From a virus (Duplodnaviria > Caudoviricetes): 35,345 bases of DNA. Location of the stretch: positions 1 to 35,345 of the IMG/VR virus record IMGVR_UViG_3300020426_000016, one strand, 5' to 3'. Shown here in pieces: positions 8,971 to 17,930 of the stretch; within the stretch, counting starts at the first letter, position 1; each line of letters begins with the position of its first letter. Under the pieces are notes generated by a model. It did no database searches. It was not told the DNA's origin and saw only the letters and a program-made list of their open reading frames with translations. Both the position numbers and the translations under genes were made by a program.

Positions 8971-10782
8971 TTAAGAGGTTTGCATTTGGTTAATACTATT
9001 GATCGCCCTTAGCAATATTTCCTGGGTTTTTTCGCCCAGGCTACTTAAACCTTCCTCTTTACTGGAGACAAAGATTTTTGTATCATCCTGAAGCTTTTGA
9101 ATGGTAATATTGATATTCGTCTTTCGGGTTCCTCCAGAGACTATGGTTTCCGCTCCGGCATTTTTATCGGTTCCTCCGGTTCCGGTTCCCGTTTCGGTTT
9201 CTCCACCTTCTTTATCATCCCCGTAAATACTTGTTGGATTTTTTGTTGGAGCACCTAAATTTGAAAATTTATCTTTCAGAGATTGCCAATCTTTTTTAAT
9301 GCCATCGCCATCGAAAGTGATGTTGATTTTTGAGAATTCTTCACCAGCTTTGGAAAAGTTGTTTAGAGCTTCTTTATTGGCATCGATAATTTGTTTTTTC
9401 CTGGCTTCAGTATCGGCATTGATTTGGGCTAAAATCTCTTTATTTTTTTGGCTATCACCAATCCCTAAAAGTTCTTTAAATTCAAACCAGCCAGTTTTAA
9501 TCTTATTAATCCCAATCATTATAGCATTAAGAAATGTTACAAAATGAGCTTTGGCACCGCTGGTAAAACCTTCCCATAAATATTTAGCTCCTTTAATAGT
9601 AGCTTTCCAGCTTTCACCCCAACCATCTGTGTGGCTTATTATTTCACCTATCAAACCAATGAGCACTGTAACTCCTAAAATAATCCAGGTTATGGGGTTA
9701 ACAGCTGCTATTGCATTGAAAATAGCAACGGCATTGCTCCAGGCTAACCAAGCAGCCGTTACAATCAAAATTGCAGGTGCAACAGGCTGTAAAGTTTCTA
9801 AAAGCCATGTGAGACCAGTTGACAAATAATTAACCACTAATAGAACTCCAGACATTACTTGTCCAAAACCAGACATGATATTTCCAGCACCTTCAAAACC
9901 AAATGCCGCTTGTAAAAAGCTCCATAATGCTATTCCAGCAGGCTCTAAGTATGTCCAAAGAATACGGAACCATTCTGCTACAACGGGTAAGATTCCAGTC
10001 ATAACAGATAAGCCAGCTGTCAACAAATCAATAGTACTATTAAAAATACCTTGAGATTCCCCACCAACGGCTACCAGGAACATATTCCACTCATCTTTCA
10101 TATTGGAAATTCGACCGCCCCAGGTCTTGGATATGGCATCCATAGAACCGGCCACACCGTCCATTTTACCGTATTCGATTAGAGCCGCCCGTATAGCATC
10201 ACTATTGTTATTGACTGTTTTGGTGACCCCTTTAAAAGAAAAAGTAATTTGATCTCCAGCTTTCGAAGCCCTAATACCAAATTCTTTTAGGCGTTCAAAC
10301 TCGGCGGTTTCTGCATCTAAAATAGCCTCTGCCAATTGATCAAAACCTTTCCCCTGGGATGCTGCTAAATCACCCAAATTTCCTAATTGGTTTTTGGTAG
10401 GGATAAAGCCCCGGTTAACCAGCTTCACAAAAGAACCGGTAAGCTCATTGAGCTGAAACGGTGTTTTTGCCGCAAAATCGGTAAGCATTTGGAGTTGGGA
10501 GGCCGCCACAATTTCACTACCTGAAGTATTGGTAAGCACTGCCTGGAAGCGTTCATATTCCGCCCGTGCCTCAATAACCTTATTCCCAAAAGTAGTTAAG
10601 GCCACAATGGTAAAAGCACCGGCAGCAAAACGCTTTAAATTCCTAAAGGTATTCCCCAGGCTTTTCGAACTACGGTTTAGCTCATCAACCTGACGATCAG
10701 CTGCACCAGCCATACGAGCAATATTCTTTAGCTCGCTGGTAGCGTAGTCCTTCATTTTTACAATAAACTGGTAAGCGTTCAT
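8971..10782 (-). CDS. Tape measure protein
   Basis: FAAKTPFQLNEL, LGDLAA, ERLKEFGI and SKTWGGRISNMKD; hydrophobic middle with ANPITWII; follows the chaperone gene. Confidence 0.9.
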   Translation of the reverse strand: MNAYQFIVKMKDYATSELKNIARMAGAADRQVDELNRSSKSLGNTFRNLKRFAAGAFTIVALTTFGNKVIEARAEYERFQAVLTNTSGSEIVAASQLQMLTDFAAKTPFQLNELTGSFVKLVNRGFIPTKNQLGNLGDLAASQGKGFDQLAEAILDAETAEFERLKEFGIRASKAGDQITFSFKGVTKTVNNNSDAIRAALIEYGKMDGVAGSMDAISKTWGGRISNMKDEWNMFLVAVGGESQGIFNSTIDLLTAGLSVMTGILPVVAEWFRILWTYLEPAGIALWSFLQAAFGFEGAGNIMSGFGQVMSGVLLVVNYLSTGLTWLLETLQPVAPAILIVTAAWLAWSNAVAIFNAIAAVNPITWIILGVTVLIGLIGEIISHTDGWGESWKATIKGAKYLWEGFTSGAKAHFVTFLNAIMIGINKIKTGWFEFKELLGIGDSQKNKEILAQINADTEARKKQIIDANKEALNNFSKAGEEFSKINITFDGDGIKKDWQSLKDKFSNLGAPTKNPTSIYGDDKEGGETETGTGTGGTDKNAGAETIVSGGTRKTNINITIQKLQDDTKIFVSSKEEGLSSLGEKTQEILLRAINSINQMQTS

Positions 10783-10783
10783 A

Positions 10784-10993
10784 TTAGTTGGGTTCTGATG
10801 CTTCTTTCTCTTTTTGTCTTATAAAATGGAGCGTCTGGATTTCCTCTGCCCACTCTTCATCTGTTAGTTGTTTCGGGTCGATATGCATATAATAGCGTAA
10901 AAGACCATCGTACAACCGTATATTACACCCCTCTGCCACTTCAAATGCCGAGGTATCTTCGGTATCTATAACCGCCTCGGCTAAAGCTTTTTT
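10784..10993 (-). CDS. Tail assembly chaperone, -1 frameshift extension (gpGT-like)
   Basis: Slippery A AAA AAG at 10993-10987. The -1 frame is open for 67 codons (ALAEAVIDTED...YYMHIDPKQLTDEEWA...) to TAA at 10786-10784. Stem GCCGAGG/CCTCGGC starts 5 nt downstream. Confidence 0.8.
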   Translation of the reverse strand, partial: KKALAEAVIDTEDTSAFEVAEGCNIRLYDGLLRYYMHIDPKQLTDEEWAEEIQTLHFIRQKEKEASEPN

Positions 10994-11538
10994 AGCATGG
11001 CGGTTTTTTTGTTCTGGAGCTTTTCTATAGCCTGGAATAATGGAAAGCGTATGGCTGCATTTTCACGGTCTTCAAAAGCTTTGTCCTTTTCCTGGCAAAC
11101 CATATCAAAAAGCTTTTCCTGGGTCACAAATGGTTTATCCCCCGGATTGGCTTTTTCAGCCATTTTAAGATCATGACGTGTAATTACCCGAATCACGCAA
11201 CGCTGGCCATCGATAATGATTTCACTTTTTTGACCTGGTAACGAATTGATTTCAGGGTCTTCATAATTAAAAAATTCCATAAGCTCCTTTCGTGCAGTAA
11301 AAAAATAGTCATCTACATTTTTAACTTCTTCGTCCCCACCAATCCAAAGAGTGGTTAACATCGCCTCCCCAAATGCAACATCGCCGTGACGTTTCATAGC
11401 GGTGAAGGCACGTTTATAGTCCTTCATTTTTGGCGCTCTTAAATAGGCTGTTTTATCATCAACCGGAAGCGCATAGATTTCTCCGTATTCTTGCTTCCAT
11501 GCTTTAATTTGTTCCTGGGTAACTTCTTGTTTTTTCAT
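10981..11538 (-). CDS. Tail assembly chaperone (gpG-like)
   Basis: Between tube and tape measure genes; QIKAWKQEYG, AYLRAP, WIGGDEE; ends LKKL at the slippery site. Confidence 0.8.
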   Translation of the reverse strand: MKKQEVTQEQIKAWKQEYGEIYALPVDDKTAYLRAPKMKDYKRAFTAMKRHGDVAFGEAMLTTLWIGGDEEVKNVDDYFFTARKELMEFFNYEDPEINSLPGQKSEIIIDGQRCVIRVITRHDLKMAEKANPGDKPFVTQEKLFDMVCQEKDKAFEDRENAAIRFPLFQAIEKLQNKKTAMLKKL

Positions 11539-11552
11539 CTTGAGGTTGTTTT

Positions 11553-11582
11553 AAAAAGTCCGCCCATTACGAGCGGACTTTT
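11553..11582 (-). terminator. Intrinsic terminator after the tail tube gene
   Basis: AAAAGTCCGC (11554-11563) / GCGGACTTTT (11573-11582). Confidence 0.65.
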
Positions 11583-11599
11583 GATTATTATGTTTCTGT

Positions 11600-12016
11600 T
11601 TATTGTTGTGGTTTTAGGTCTAAGAAAATGATCGGGAGGGCATGTAGTTTGTTTTTATCGCCCTGCTTCATTCCCTTTGGCATTTCCGTGAACTCGACCC
11701 CTTTTAAAATGTCGGTGACCGTCTGGCCGTCATCGGTAGCCTCATAGGTTACTACCAAATCAAAAGACAAATTTAAAATGTCTTTATCCGGCGCATCTTT
11801 GGTCATGGCCTCCAGTTCACTTTGCCATATCTCGATTTGACCGTCATAGGAATAATTCCCATGTACAATTTTATGAGGTTTGTTCCCACGGCCATATAAG
11901 TAATCCTTATCCTTTTTAGCGGTGTATTCCACATTGGTAATCCCTTCCAGGATTCGACCGCCATAAGCAACACTTATATCCGACCAGGCATACTGTTTAC
12001 TTGAAAAATCTGGCAT
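11600..12016 (-). CDS. Tail tube protein
   Basis: 138 aa after the sheath; YAWSDI, LYGRGNKP...GNYSYDG, TDILKGVEFTE. Confidence 0.85.
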   Translation of the reverse strand: MPDFSSKQYAWSDISVAYGGRILEGITNVEYTAKKDKDYLYGRGNKPHKIVHGNYSYDGQIEIWQSELEAMTKDAPDKDILNLSFDLVVTYEATDDGQTVTDILKGVEFTEMPKGMKQGDKNKLHALPIIFLDLKPQQ

Positions 12017-12021
12017 ATCTA

Positions 12022-13173
12022 TTATTGTTGAAGATTAGTTGTATATCCTATTTTAACCTCGATTTGCTTGGCATAGCCTACCGGCTGTAACCTTAAGGTT
12101 ATGGCCAGGGTATCGGTCGTTAAAATATCCTGATTGGTATCAATAAAGGCTTCAGCTCCATTAAGTTTAAGAGCGTTAACCATTAAATTGATTAGGTCAT
12201 TCTCTACATTCGACTGCCAGGACTTAATAATGGCAGGATGTATATTCCCGTTGCCATCTACCGGTATTTCGTCCGAAAGCTCTTCGGTTAGGCTATTATT
12301 GGCCACAAGTACCGCCTCGTCCATTACAAGCCCCCTGGCCAGGGATGAAAAATCACTATCAGATTTGCATAGCGTTTTATCGTCCGTAAAATAGTAACCG
12401 GAACGACCGGTAAAAGTTCTAAAAAACGTATAGCCCAACGCATCAATAGCATCCCAGGAATCTGTAAAGTCCTCGATCTTGGAACCATCGGTAAAATAGG
12501 CTTGCAAGTCGATTGCACTACCATCTTTTACCCTTGCGATACTACGCTGTACAGGTATGCGTGCCAGTCTTCCCATGGCCAGTCCAATGGAAGCCTCGGG
12601 CGAACCATCGTTATTGGCTATAAGCATATTTACACGGTCGTACTCCGCAGTCCGATAATCAAAAAGATCAGCTATCTGACCCGACCAGGCATTTCCTGAA
12701 ATCACCACACGGAATGGCATATACAATTTGGCAAATTCCTCTGCAAGACTTTGCACACCAATTACACCGGCTTTCACGTCCTGGTCAATACCTTCGGTAA
12801 TGCTTTCGGTTCCCTGGTGTTTTTTAAGCATGCCCAATATCCTGATCCTTCCACCGGCATCGGAAATAAGCTTGCGTAGCTCTTCCACCATTTGCTCGTA
12901 AGTCGTCGCATCGGAAACCATCATAAACCACAATTCCGCACCGGTTCCGGCTTCGCTGTAGAATTCGTTTAGGTGTTTAAAAGCAAATGGGTTATTTTCC
13001 TGGGTGATTCCAAGATCGGCAACGCCGTCCATTGAAAACACCTGGTGCGATGTGCCAATAGCTGCATCATCCGTACCTACGCCGGTAAGGATGATACCCG
13101 GTACTTTTTGCACCCCATCCCCGGAAAGGCTAAGCCCATTCTCAGCGATATCGAATATTATTTTTGGTATCAT
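12022..13173 (-). CDS. Tail sheath protein (DUF2586-like)
   Basis: 383 aa; GRLARIPVQRSIARVKDG, GYTFFRTFTGRSGYYFTDD and PVGYAKQIEVKIG. Confidence 0.85.
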   Translation of the reverse strand: MIPKIIFDIAENGLSLSGDGVQKVPGIILTGVGTDDAAIGTSHQVFSMDGVADLGITQENNPFAFKHLNEFYSEAGTGAELWFMMVSDATTYEQMVEELRKLISDAGGRIRILGMLKKHQGTESITEGIDQDVKAGVIGVQSLAEEFAKLYMPFRVVISGNAWSGQIADLFDYRTAEYDRVNMLIANNDGSPEASIGLAMGRLARIPVQRSIARVKDGSAIDLQAYFTDGSKIEDFTDSWDAIDALGYTFFRTFTGRSGYYFTDDKTLCKSDSDFSSLARGLVMDEAVLVANNSLTEELSDEIPVDGNGNIHPAIIKSWQSNVENDLINLMVNALKLNGAEAFIDTNQDILTTDTLAITLRLQPVGYAKQIEVKIGYTTNLQQ

Positions 13174-13177
13174 AAAA

Positions 13178-13642
13178 TTAAATTATAAAGGTTTTAGCAA
13201 TGACCCCGGCCACAAAACCAACCACGGCTGCCAGGATGATATACAGGATTAGCATAAATCTGGAAACGCCCCTTTTTTCTGTACTGGAGGATTCATTGGA
13301 CGTTGTGGAAACCTCCCGGAGTAGTTCTTGTTTTATCTGGGCGGCAAGGGCAATGCTATCACACTCCGCAGAAACATAAACCGCATCGTTATCAATGGTA
13401 AGCCTTGCCGTTGCATTACCATTTTTGCTTTCAAAATTGCGGGACTTTAAGGTCACTTTTTCAAACTCCACTTTAGGAATAATGAGCCTGGTTTGTGCCG
13501 CTGGTATGGTAAACACGGTATCTTTATAGGATACGGTATGCTCCCTAAAAGTTTCTTTGTTGGTTTCACTCTGGGTAACCTTATGGGTTCCCCCACAGGC
13601 TACCAGAGTAAAACAGAAAACAACCCAAAAAAATCGTTTCAT
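13178..13642 (-). CDS. Putative unimolecular spanin
   Basis: N-terminal lipoprotein signal with lipobox LVAC, beta-rich middle and C-terminal TM (FMLILYIILAAVVGFVAGVIA); directly after the endolysin. Confidence 0.7.
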   Translation of the reverse strand: MKRFFWVVFCFTLVACGGTHKVTQSETNKETFREHTVSYKDTVFTIPAAQTRLIIPKVEFEKVTLKSRNFESKNGNATARLTIDNDAVYVSAECDSIALAAQIKQELLREVSTTSNESSSTEKRGVSRFMLILYIILAAVVGFVAGVIAKTFII

Positions 13643-13645
13643 ATC

Positions 13646-14077
13646 TTAAATTCTTTTTAACTGAAAATGCATCCCGTCGGGCTTCGACCATGTACCGCCC
13701 CATTCAAAACCGGCATCAGTGAAACATTTTACCACTTCCTTTGGCATTTGCGGACGATCTCCAAATCCATTCCATGCAGCGTTGATATCTATAGCTATTG
13801 CCCAACTATGAAGGGAGTAGGTAGAACCACCACGCTTAAGGCGGATATTGAAACAACCGTCCCAGGTCATGATATGGCAAGCGAGGTCACGGTCAATAAG
13901 GTTTCTAAACGCTTTTAATAAAGGCTCTTTTAAATCCTTGTTGCAATACAGGCGGTTGGGAAGTTCTGGAATTGCCTTGTTGATATCGTCCGGGATATCC
14001 CAAAGGATCATGTGAGCACGTTCCATCGTAATGTCCGGCTTCCCATATTTCTTTATACAATCCTGACTTGTTACCAT
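13646..14077 (-). CDS. Endolysin, M15-family Zn peptidase
   Basis: R...SLHSWAIAIDIN (H-x6-D) and WGGTWSKPDGMHFQ. Confidence 0.9.
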   Translation of the reverse strand: MVTSQDCIKKYGKPDITMERAHMILWDIPDDINKAIPELPNRLYCNKDLKEPLLKAFRNLIDRDLACHIMTWDGCFNIRLKRGGSTYSLHSWAIAIDINAAWNGFGDRPQMPKEVVKCFTDAGFEWGGTWSKPDGMHFQLKRI

Positions 14078-14100
14078 AATTAATTGATTAAACCCCGTAG

Positions 14101-14133
14101 GGTTGCTGCCTCATCGCAATGATGAGCGCAGCC
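14101..14133. other. Intergenic hairpin between head and lysis genes
   Basis: GGTTGC/GCAGCC and CTCATC/GATGAG stems; no U-tract, so more likely a stability or processing element than a terminator. Confidence 0.4.
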
Positions 14134-14136
14134 TGT

Positions 14137-14508
14137 TTATTCGTTTTCTTCTTTAAGCTCTGCGATACGTGCTTCTATAGCTTCAATTGCAGTCTTTCTG
14201 GTATCTTCAGCGGCTTTTTCCTCTTCAATTAAGGCTTGCAGTTCCGCGATGTCTTTTTTATCGGCCAAAGCTTCAGCAATCTTACTTACGGATTGATCTA
14301 AAAATGGACTTTTAACCGGTTCGATAGCCGCTGATTTTGGAGCCGTCCTGTTATGGGTTTCCACTTTTTTATTTTCCAGGGTTCTCCCGTGGCTTTTAGC
14401 GTGATCCGCTTGCAGGAATAAATACCCATCTGATGTGGTATGAACTTTTTCTACCTGGTTGCTCTCAAAAAATTTGGCTACTTTTTCTTTTATGGTTGTC
14501 TTTTTCAT
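14137..14508 (-). CDS. Head-module accessory protein (Mu gp35-like position)
   Basis: TSDGYLF N-domain and a helical C-domain (SVSKIAEAL...EEEK...RKTAIEAIEARI), downstream of the capsid gene. Confidence 0.45.
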   Translation of the reverse strand: MKKTTIKEKVAKFFESNQVEKVHTTSDGYLFLQADHAKSHGRTLENKKVETHNRTAPKSAAIEPVKSPFLDQSVSKIAEALADKKDIAELQALIEEEKAAEDTRKTAIEAIEARIAELKEENE

Positions 14509-14522
14509 GATTACGGTATAAT

Positions 14523-14544
14523 ATCCCCGGCATGCACCGGGGAT
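14523..14544. other. GC-rich intergenic hairpin
   Basis: ATCCCCGG-catgca-CCGGGGAT, a perfect 8-bp stem. Confidence 0.45.
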
Positions 14545-14557
14545 GGTGAGACTTTAT

Positions 14558-14947
14558 TTAATGGTACCGGGGGCTCCGGTCATAACCTTCCTCCAGGTTA
14601 TAAATTTGCTTTTGGTCTTGCCGGGCTTGTGCTGTAGTCACGGCGAAGCCCAACACCTTTGCCGGTACTATGCCACTGCATCCAATACAGTGATTCTTTT
14701 CCCGATCTGCCTTGCTGTAGCGTAAGCGGAACAAATATTCCCTGCCTTGCTCCAGGCCTTTCGAGTTTACCTCAAAAAACCGTTTGTTATAGCGGTCGGC
14801 CACTAAGGCTTTATCCTTATGGATCATCACCACCGATGCAGGAATGGAAACCGTTACCGCGTCAGGTGATGTTAAGGAATCCTTTTTTGTAGTTTGTGCG
14901 CTGGCACTTACCACAAAGGCCATTAATAAAAAGGTTAGTATTCTCAT
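14558..14947 (-). CDS. Secreted hypothetical protein with signal peptide and CxxC
   Basis: MRILTFLLMAFVVSASA|QTT is a Sec/SPI signal with Gln at +1; HCIGC. Confidence 0.6.
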   Translation of the reverse strand: MRILTFLLMAFVVSASAQTTKKDSLTSPDAVTVSIPASVVMIHKDKALVADRYNKRFFEVNSKGLEQGREYLFRLRYSKADREKNHCIGCSGIVPAKVLGFAVTTAQARQDQKQIYNLEEGYDRSPRYH

Positions 14948-14965
14948 AACTATAGCTTTTAATGA

Positions 14966-15982
14966 TTAAAGGATTGCCCCTAAATACTTAGGGTTATTCG
15001 CTCTGATTTTACCTACCAATGCACGTTGCGCAAAAGACAGGGTATCTGCCTGAAGCCCTGAATCTCTCAGGTTCGGATACATCTCAGTATCCCCAAAACA
15101 TCTGAATACTTCATCCTTAGCCCAAAGGATCGTCGCTCTTTTATCGCCTTCTTCTGAAGCCGCACCATAAGGTTTTTTCACACCAGCGGCGGTATAAATC
15201 GGTAATTTGCTATAACGGAAGACGTTAAAACCGTAAAGCTTGCGCTCGTCCAAAACTTCTTTATAAAGCTTTTTATCTTCCTTTTTGATTCTGGCCATGT
15301 GGGCTGAATTAAAGCAGATATTTAAGCCTTCAAATTTGTCATGGTCACTAAAGAAAGCTTCTAAATCTATGATTGCATCAATGACAGAGTCATTTTCGCC
15401 CAGGTTCATGATCTTATTAAAAGCATTGTCGGCGCTTGGTGACCAGGAATAAGCGGCACGTGCTCCTATGTTTTTTGCAAGCGAATTACGGTGCCGGTTA
15501 ATAACGGACTGTTTTTTGTTGTACTGTAACTCTATTTCCTGAAGGTCTCTATGTCGCGTTTGCTCGGTACTATACGTTTTAAGCAACACTTCGCTTGGTA
15601 TATCCTGAATATCTGCAATCGGTAACGGGTCTTCATTACCAGCGAAATAATCCTCGTGTACCCCTGGCTCTATACCGGCCTCGACTAAATGCAGTTTATT
15701 GTTCTCCACATATTCCGACATATCCTCGGACTGATAGACAAAGGAGTGATCCGGTACCGGGTTTTCTTTAATGCCTGGTACCCATACTTCAGTTTGAAGT
15801 GCAAAAAGGGCTTTTCCCTTAAACATTCCACCAAAAAAATACTGAATAATAGCGACTACTATTACAAATACAATCGCCACCGGTAATGCCGGTAATTCGG
15901 TGATTGGTTGGGTCGCATAAGCCAAAACCAATGCCAGGACAAAATTTAAAACTAGGTTCTTAATAGAAAGTTTCTTTTTCAT
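14966..15982 (-). CDS. Major capsid protein with hydrophobic N-terminal leader
   Basis: Directly after the protease/scaffold gene; core begins ALQTEVW; ELQYNKKQSVINRHRNSL and LYGFNVF resemble capsid proteins of Bacteroidota Mu-like phages. Confidence 0.75.
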   Translation of the reverse strand: MKKKLSIKNLVLNFVLALVLAYATQPITELPALPVAIVFVIVVAIIQYFFGGMFKGKALFALQTEVWVPGIKENPVPDHSFVYQSEDMSEYVENNKLHLVEAGIEPGVHEDYFAGNEDPLPIADIQDIPSEVLLKTYSTEQTRHRDLQEIELQYNKKQSVINRHRNSLAKNIGARAAYSWSPSADNAFNKIMNLGENDSVIDAIIDLEAFFSDHDKFEGLNICFNSAHMARIKKEDKKLYKEVLDERKLYGFNVFRYSKLPIYTAAGVKKPYGAASEEGDKRATILWAKDEVFRCFGDTEMYPNLRDSGLQADTLSFAQRALVGKIRANNPKYLGAIL

Positions 15983-16008
15983 TACTTATAATTGTTAGAT
16001 TGGATTAA

Positions 16009-16998
16009 TTAGTCTTTATGGCGAATTCCGGCCGCATAGCCTTTGGCCAGTTCAGCATACTTTTTAGGCTCTTCGTCACGGATACGACGAAGCTCTGTAG
16101 GATCGTTCTTTTGCAGGTAGTCATAGTTCAACTCGATGTTCGGTGATTTACCAGAGCCTTTACCGCTTAAAACAACCTCTCTCACGGTTTTACTACGGTC
16201 TTGCTGCTGAGCACTTCCTTCTTTTTCCTGGATCAATCGGGAAAGCACGGCTTTTTGTCCTTCGTGATCACTTTCGAATGCCTTTAACTGGCTTTCTTTA
16301 AGACCATCAGAGATAAGCCCCAGGGCAACCGCTTTATCGGTTAGCGTTTCCGCTTCCTGCTTATTGGCCTCATTGAGTTTTTCTTCCAACTTATTGGCCT
16401 TGTCATCGGCTTGTTGTTTGGCCAATTGCAGCTCTTTTACTTTTTGTAGAACTGATTCCGGTTTGCTGTCGGCTCCCATATCCAATGCGAGCGCAATAGA
16501 TTTCATATCCATATCACTGTGTATTTCTGGTTTTGATTTTAAGCGTTTAAGTTTGATGCGCTTGCCGTCTTTGGAAAGCTTCAGCGCATTGTCATTGCCC
16601 CCGATATCCACTATGGATATTTCGATAAGCTTGGAGGTAAGTACTGTTTCAAAGATTTGATTGGGTAAGGTGTGTTCGGGATCGGTAGAGGTTTCAATAA
16701 CATCGGCATTAATAGAAGCCATCCTTATAAAGCCTCTTGCTACTTTCCCCTCTATCCGTTTAGCGAACTTGTCTTCAACATCAAATTCCACTTCAGCAAT
16801 TAGTTGACCGTCTTTTTTAGAAAGATTGGTAACACGTCCAATAACTTCGTGACCCTTTGGACTGGACAGCCCACGATCGTGGATGTAATAGACTACAGGG
16901 TTACGCATAAACTGTACGGTATCGATACCGTCGGTCATCACCCTAAAACCGTATTCATTTACATTATTCTCGTCACTGACTATAAACGTGTGCTTCAT
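16009..16998 (-). CDS. Prohead protease/scaffold fusion
   Basis: Likely start MKHTFIVSDE at 16998; NEYGFRV, NPVVYYIH, IGR, GFIRMASI and EISIVDIGGNDNAL; coiled-coil scaffold C-terminus. Confidence 0.85.
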   Translation of the reverse strand: MKHTFIVSDENNVNEYGFRVMTDGIDTVQFMRNPVVYYIHDRGLSSPKGHEVIGRVTNLSKKDGQLIAEVEFDVEDKFAKRIEGKVARGFIRMASINADVIETSTDPEHTLPNQIFETVLTSKLIEISIVDIGGNDNALKLSKDGKRIKLKRLKSKPEIHSDMDMKSIALALDMGADSKPESVLQKVKELQLAKQQADDKANKLEEKLNEANKQEAETLTDKAVALGLISDGLKESQLKAFESDHEGQKAVLSRLIQEKEGSAQQQDRSKTVREVVLSGKGSGKSPNIELNYDYLQKNDPTELRRIRDEEPKKYAELAKGYAAGIRHKD

Positions 16999-17030
16999 GC
17001 TGGCGGATATTTTGTTTTGAATCCTGGGGG

Positions 17031-17162
17031 CAAATTTGGTTGGAAATGATGGCTGTAAAAAAAAACCGATCAAGCCTTGTACGATTTCCATACAAGACTT
17101 GTAGAAAAATCCCCAAGCCTTGATCAAGAATTACGCATAGCTCCAAGTGAACACGAAATTTG
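17031..17162. promoter_or_regulatory. Divergent late promoters with three CAAG-N-CTTG palindromes
   Basis: CAAGCCTTG (17071), CAAGACTTG (17093) and CAAGCCTTG (17114). Variant -7 boxes CAAATTTG (17038-17031, minus) and GAAATTTG (17155-17162, plus) are placed symmetrically about 17097. Confidence 0.65.
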
Positions 17163-17167
17163 CCGGT

Positions 17168-17470
17168 ATGAAAGACATCTTATTAGACCAGGATGGAGAC
17201 CTTATTATTGAAAACGGGGACTTCAAAATCGGATATTCAGACAACCAACACCAGGAACATATTTTAAAAGCCGAGAAAGGTGAATACAAAGAGTTTCCAG
17301 AGGTGGGCGTTGGGATTTCCCAAATGCTTAGTGATGATCGTTACGATGAAATGATGATCGAGATGAAAAAGCAATTACAATATGATGGGATGAAAATAAA
17401 AACCATCCGGTTTGAACAAGATGGACAATTAATAATCGACGGTAAATATTCAGACAATGGCCAAAGGTAG
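17168..17470 (+). CDS. Baseplate wedge protein, gp25/gpW/Mu gp46-like
   Basis: MKDILLDQDGDLIIENGDF..G.SDNQH...KGEYKEFPEVGVGI; ATG lies 5 nt after the TTTG box. Confidence 0.6.
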   Translation: MKDILLDQDGDLIIENGDFKIGYSDNQHQEHILKAEKGEYKEFPEVGVGISQMLSDDRYDEMMIEMKKQLQYDGMKIKTIRFEQDGQLIIDGKYSDNGQR

Positions 17471-17930
17471 AATGACTTCAGCCCAAAGGGATTATGCAAT
17501 CAGCCAGGGCGGCGAATTATACGCTAAAGGCTTTTCAGTTCAAAGTATTTCAGAGCTTTTGGGCGTTGGAATCAAAACCGTCTATAAATGGCGGGATGAT
17601 GAAGACTGGGAAAAGCAAAAAGAGCTGAATAATATTAGGCCTTCAGAAATCAAAAAGATGATCCTGGAGTATGTGGTTGCGCTAAAGAATGGAGAAACAC
17701 CCGCCTATAAAGCGGATGACCTTTCCAAAATTTCAGCGGCCTTTGACCGGTTAAATGATTCCCGTAAAAAAGCCGTCTACACCATGGAAAGCCTGGACGA
17801 TTTTAGCGGCTACATGATCACCCAAGCGGGGAAATCAAAAGGCAAAAAAAGGCAGGAACTCTTAGACCTGATCAAAGAAATCAGGGTACACTTTGACAAA
17901 TACGTAACCGAACTATTGAAGCATGACTAA
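17457..17930 (+). CDS. Terminase small subunit (DUF1804-like HTH)
   Basis: N-terminal HTH (SVQSISELLGVGIKTVYKW...DW), ADDLSK; overlaps the start of TerL. Confidence 0.75.
   Translation: MAKGRMTSAQRDYAISQGGELYAKGFSVQSISELLGVGIKTVYKWRDDEDWEKQKELNNIRPSEIKKMILEYVVALKNGETPAYKADDLSKISAAFDRLNDSRKKAVYTMESLDDFSGYMITQAGKSKGKKRQELLDLIKEIRVHFDKYVTELLKHD

Noticed and set aside
17057-17065. A9 tract in the late promoter as a phase-variation switch
   Set aside because: Such runs are common in AT-rich DNA and there is no evidence of length variation.
17071-17122. CRISPR-like repeat-spacer pattern
   Set aside because: 9-bp repeats with 12-13 bp gaps and no cas genes; fits protein-binding sites.
16999-17127. 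N-terminal extension of the protease ORF (also the extended starts at 2037, 17147, 29366, 29861 and 33975)
   Set aside because: The extensions run through promoter/operator regions or neighbouring genes; downstream ATGs fit better.
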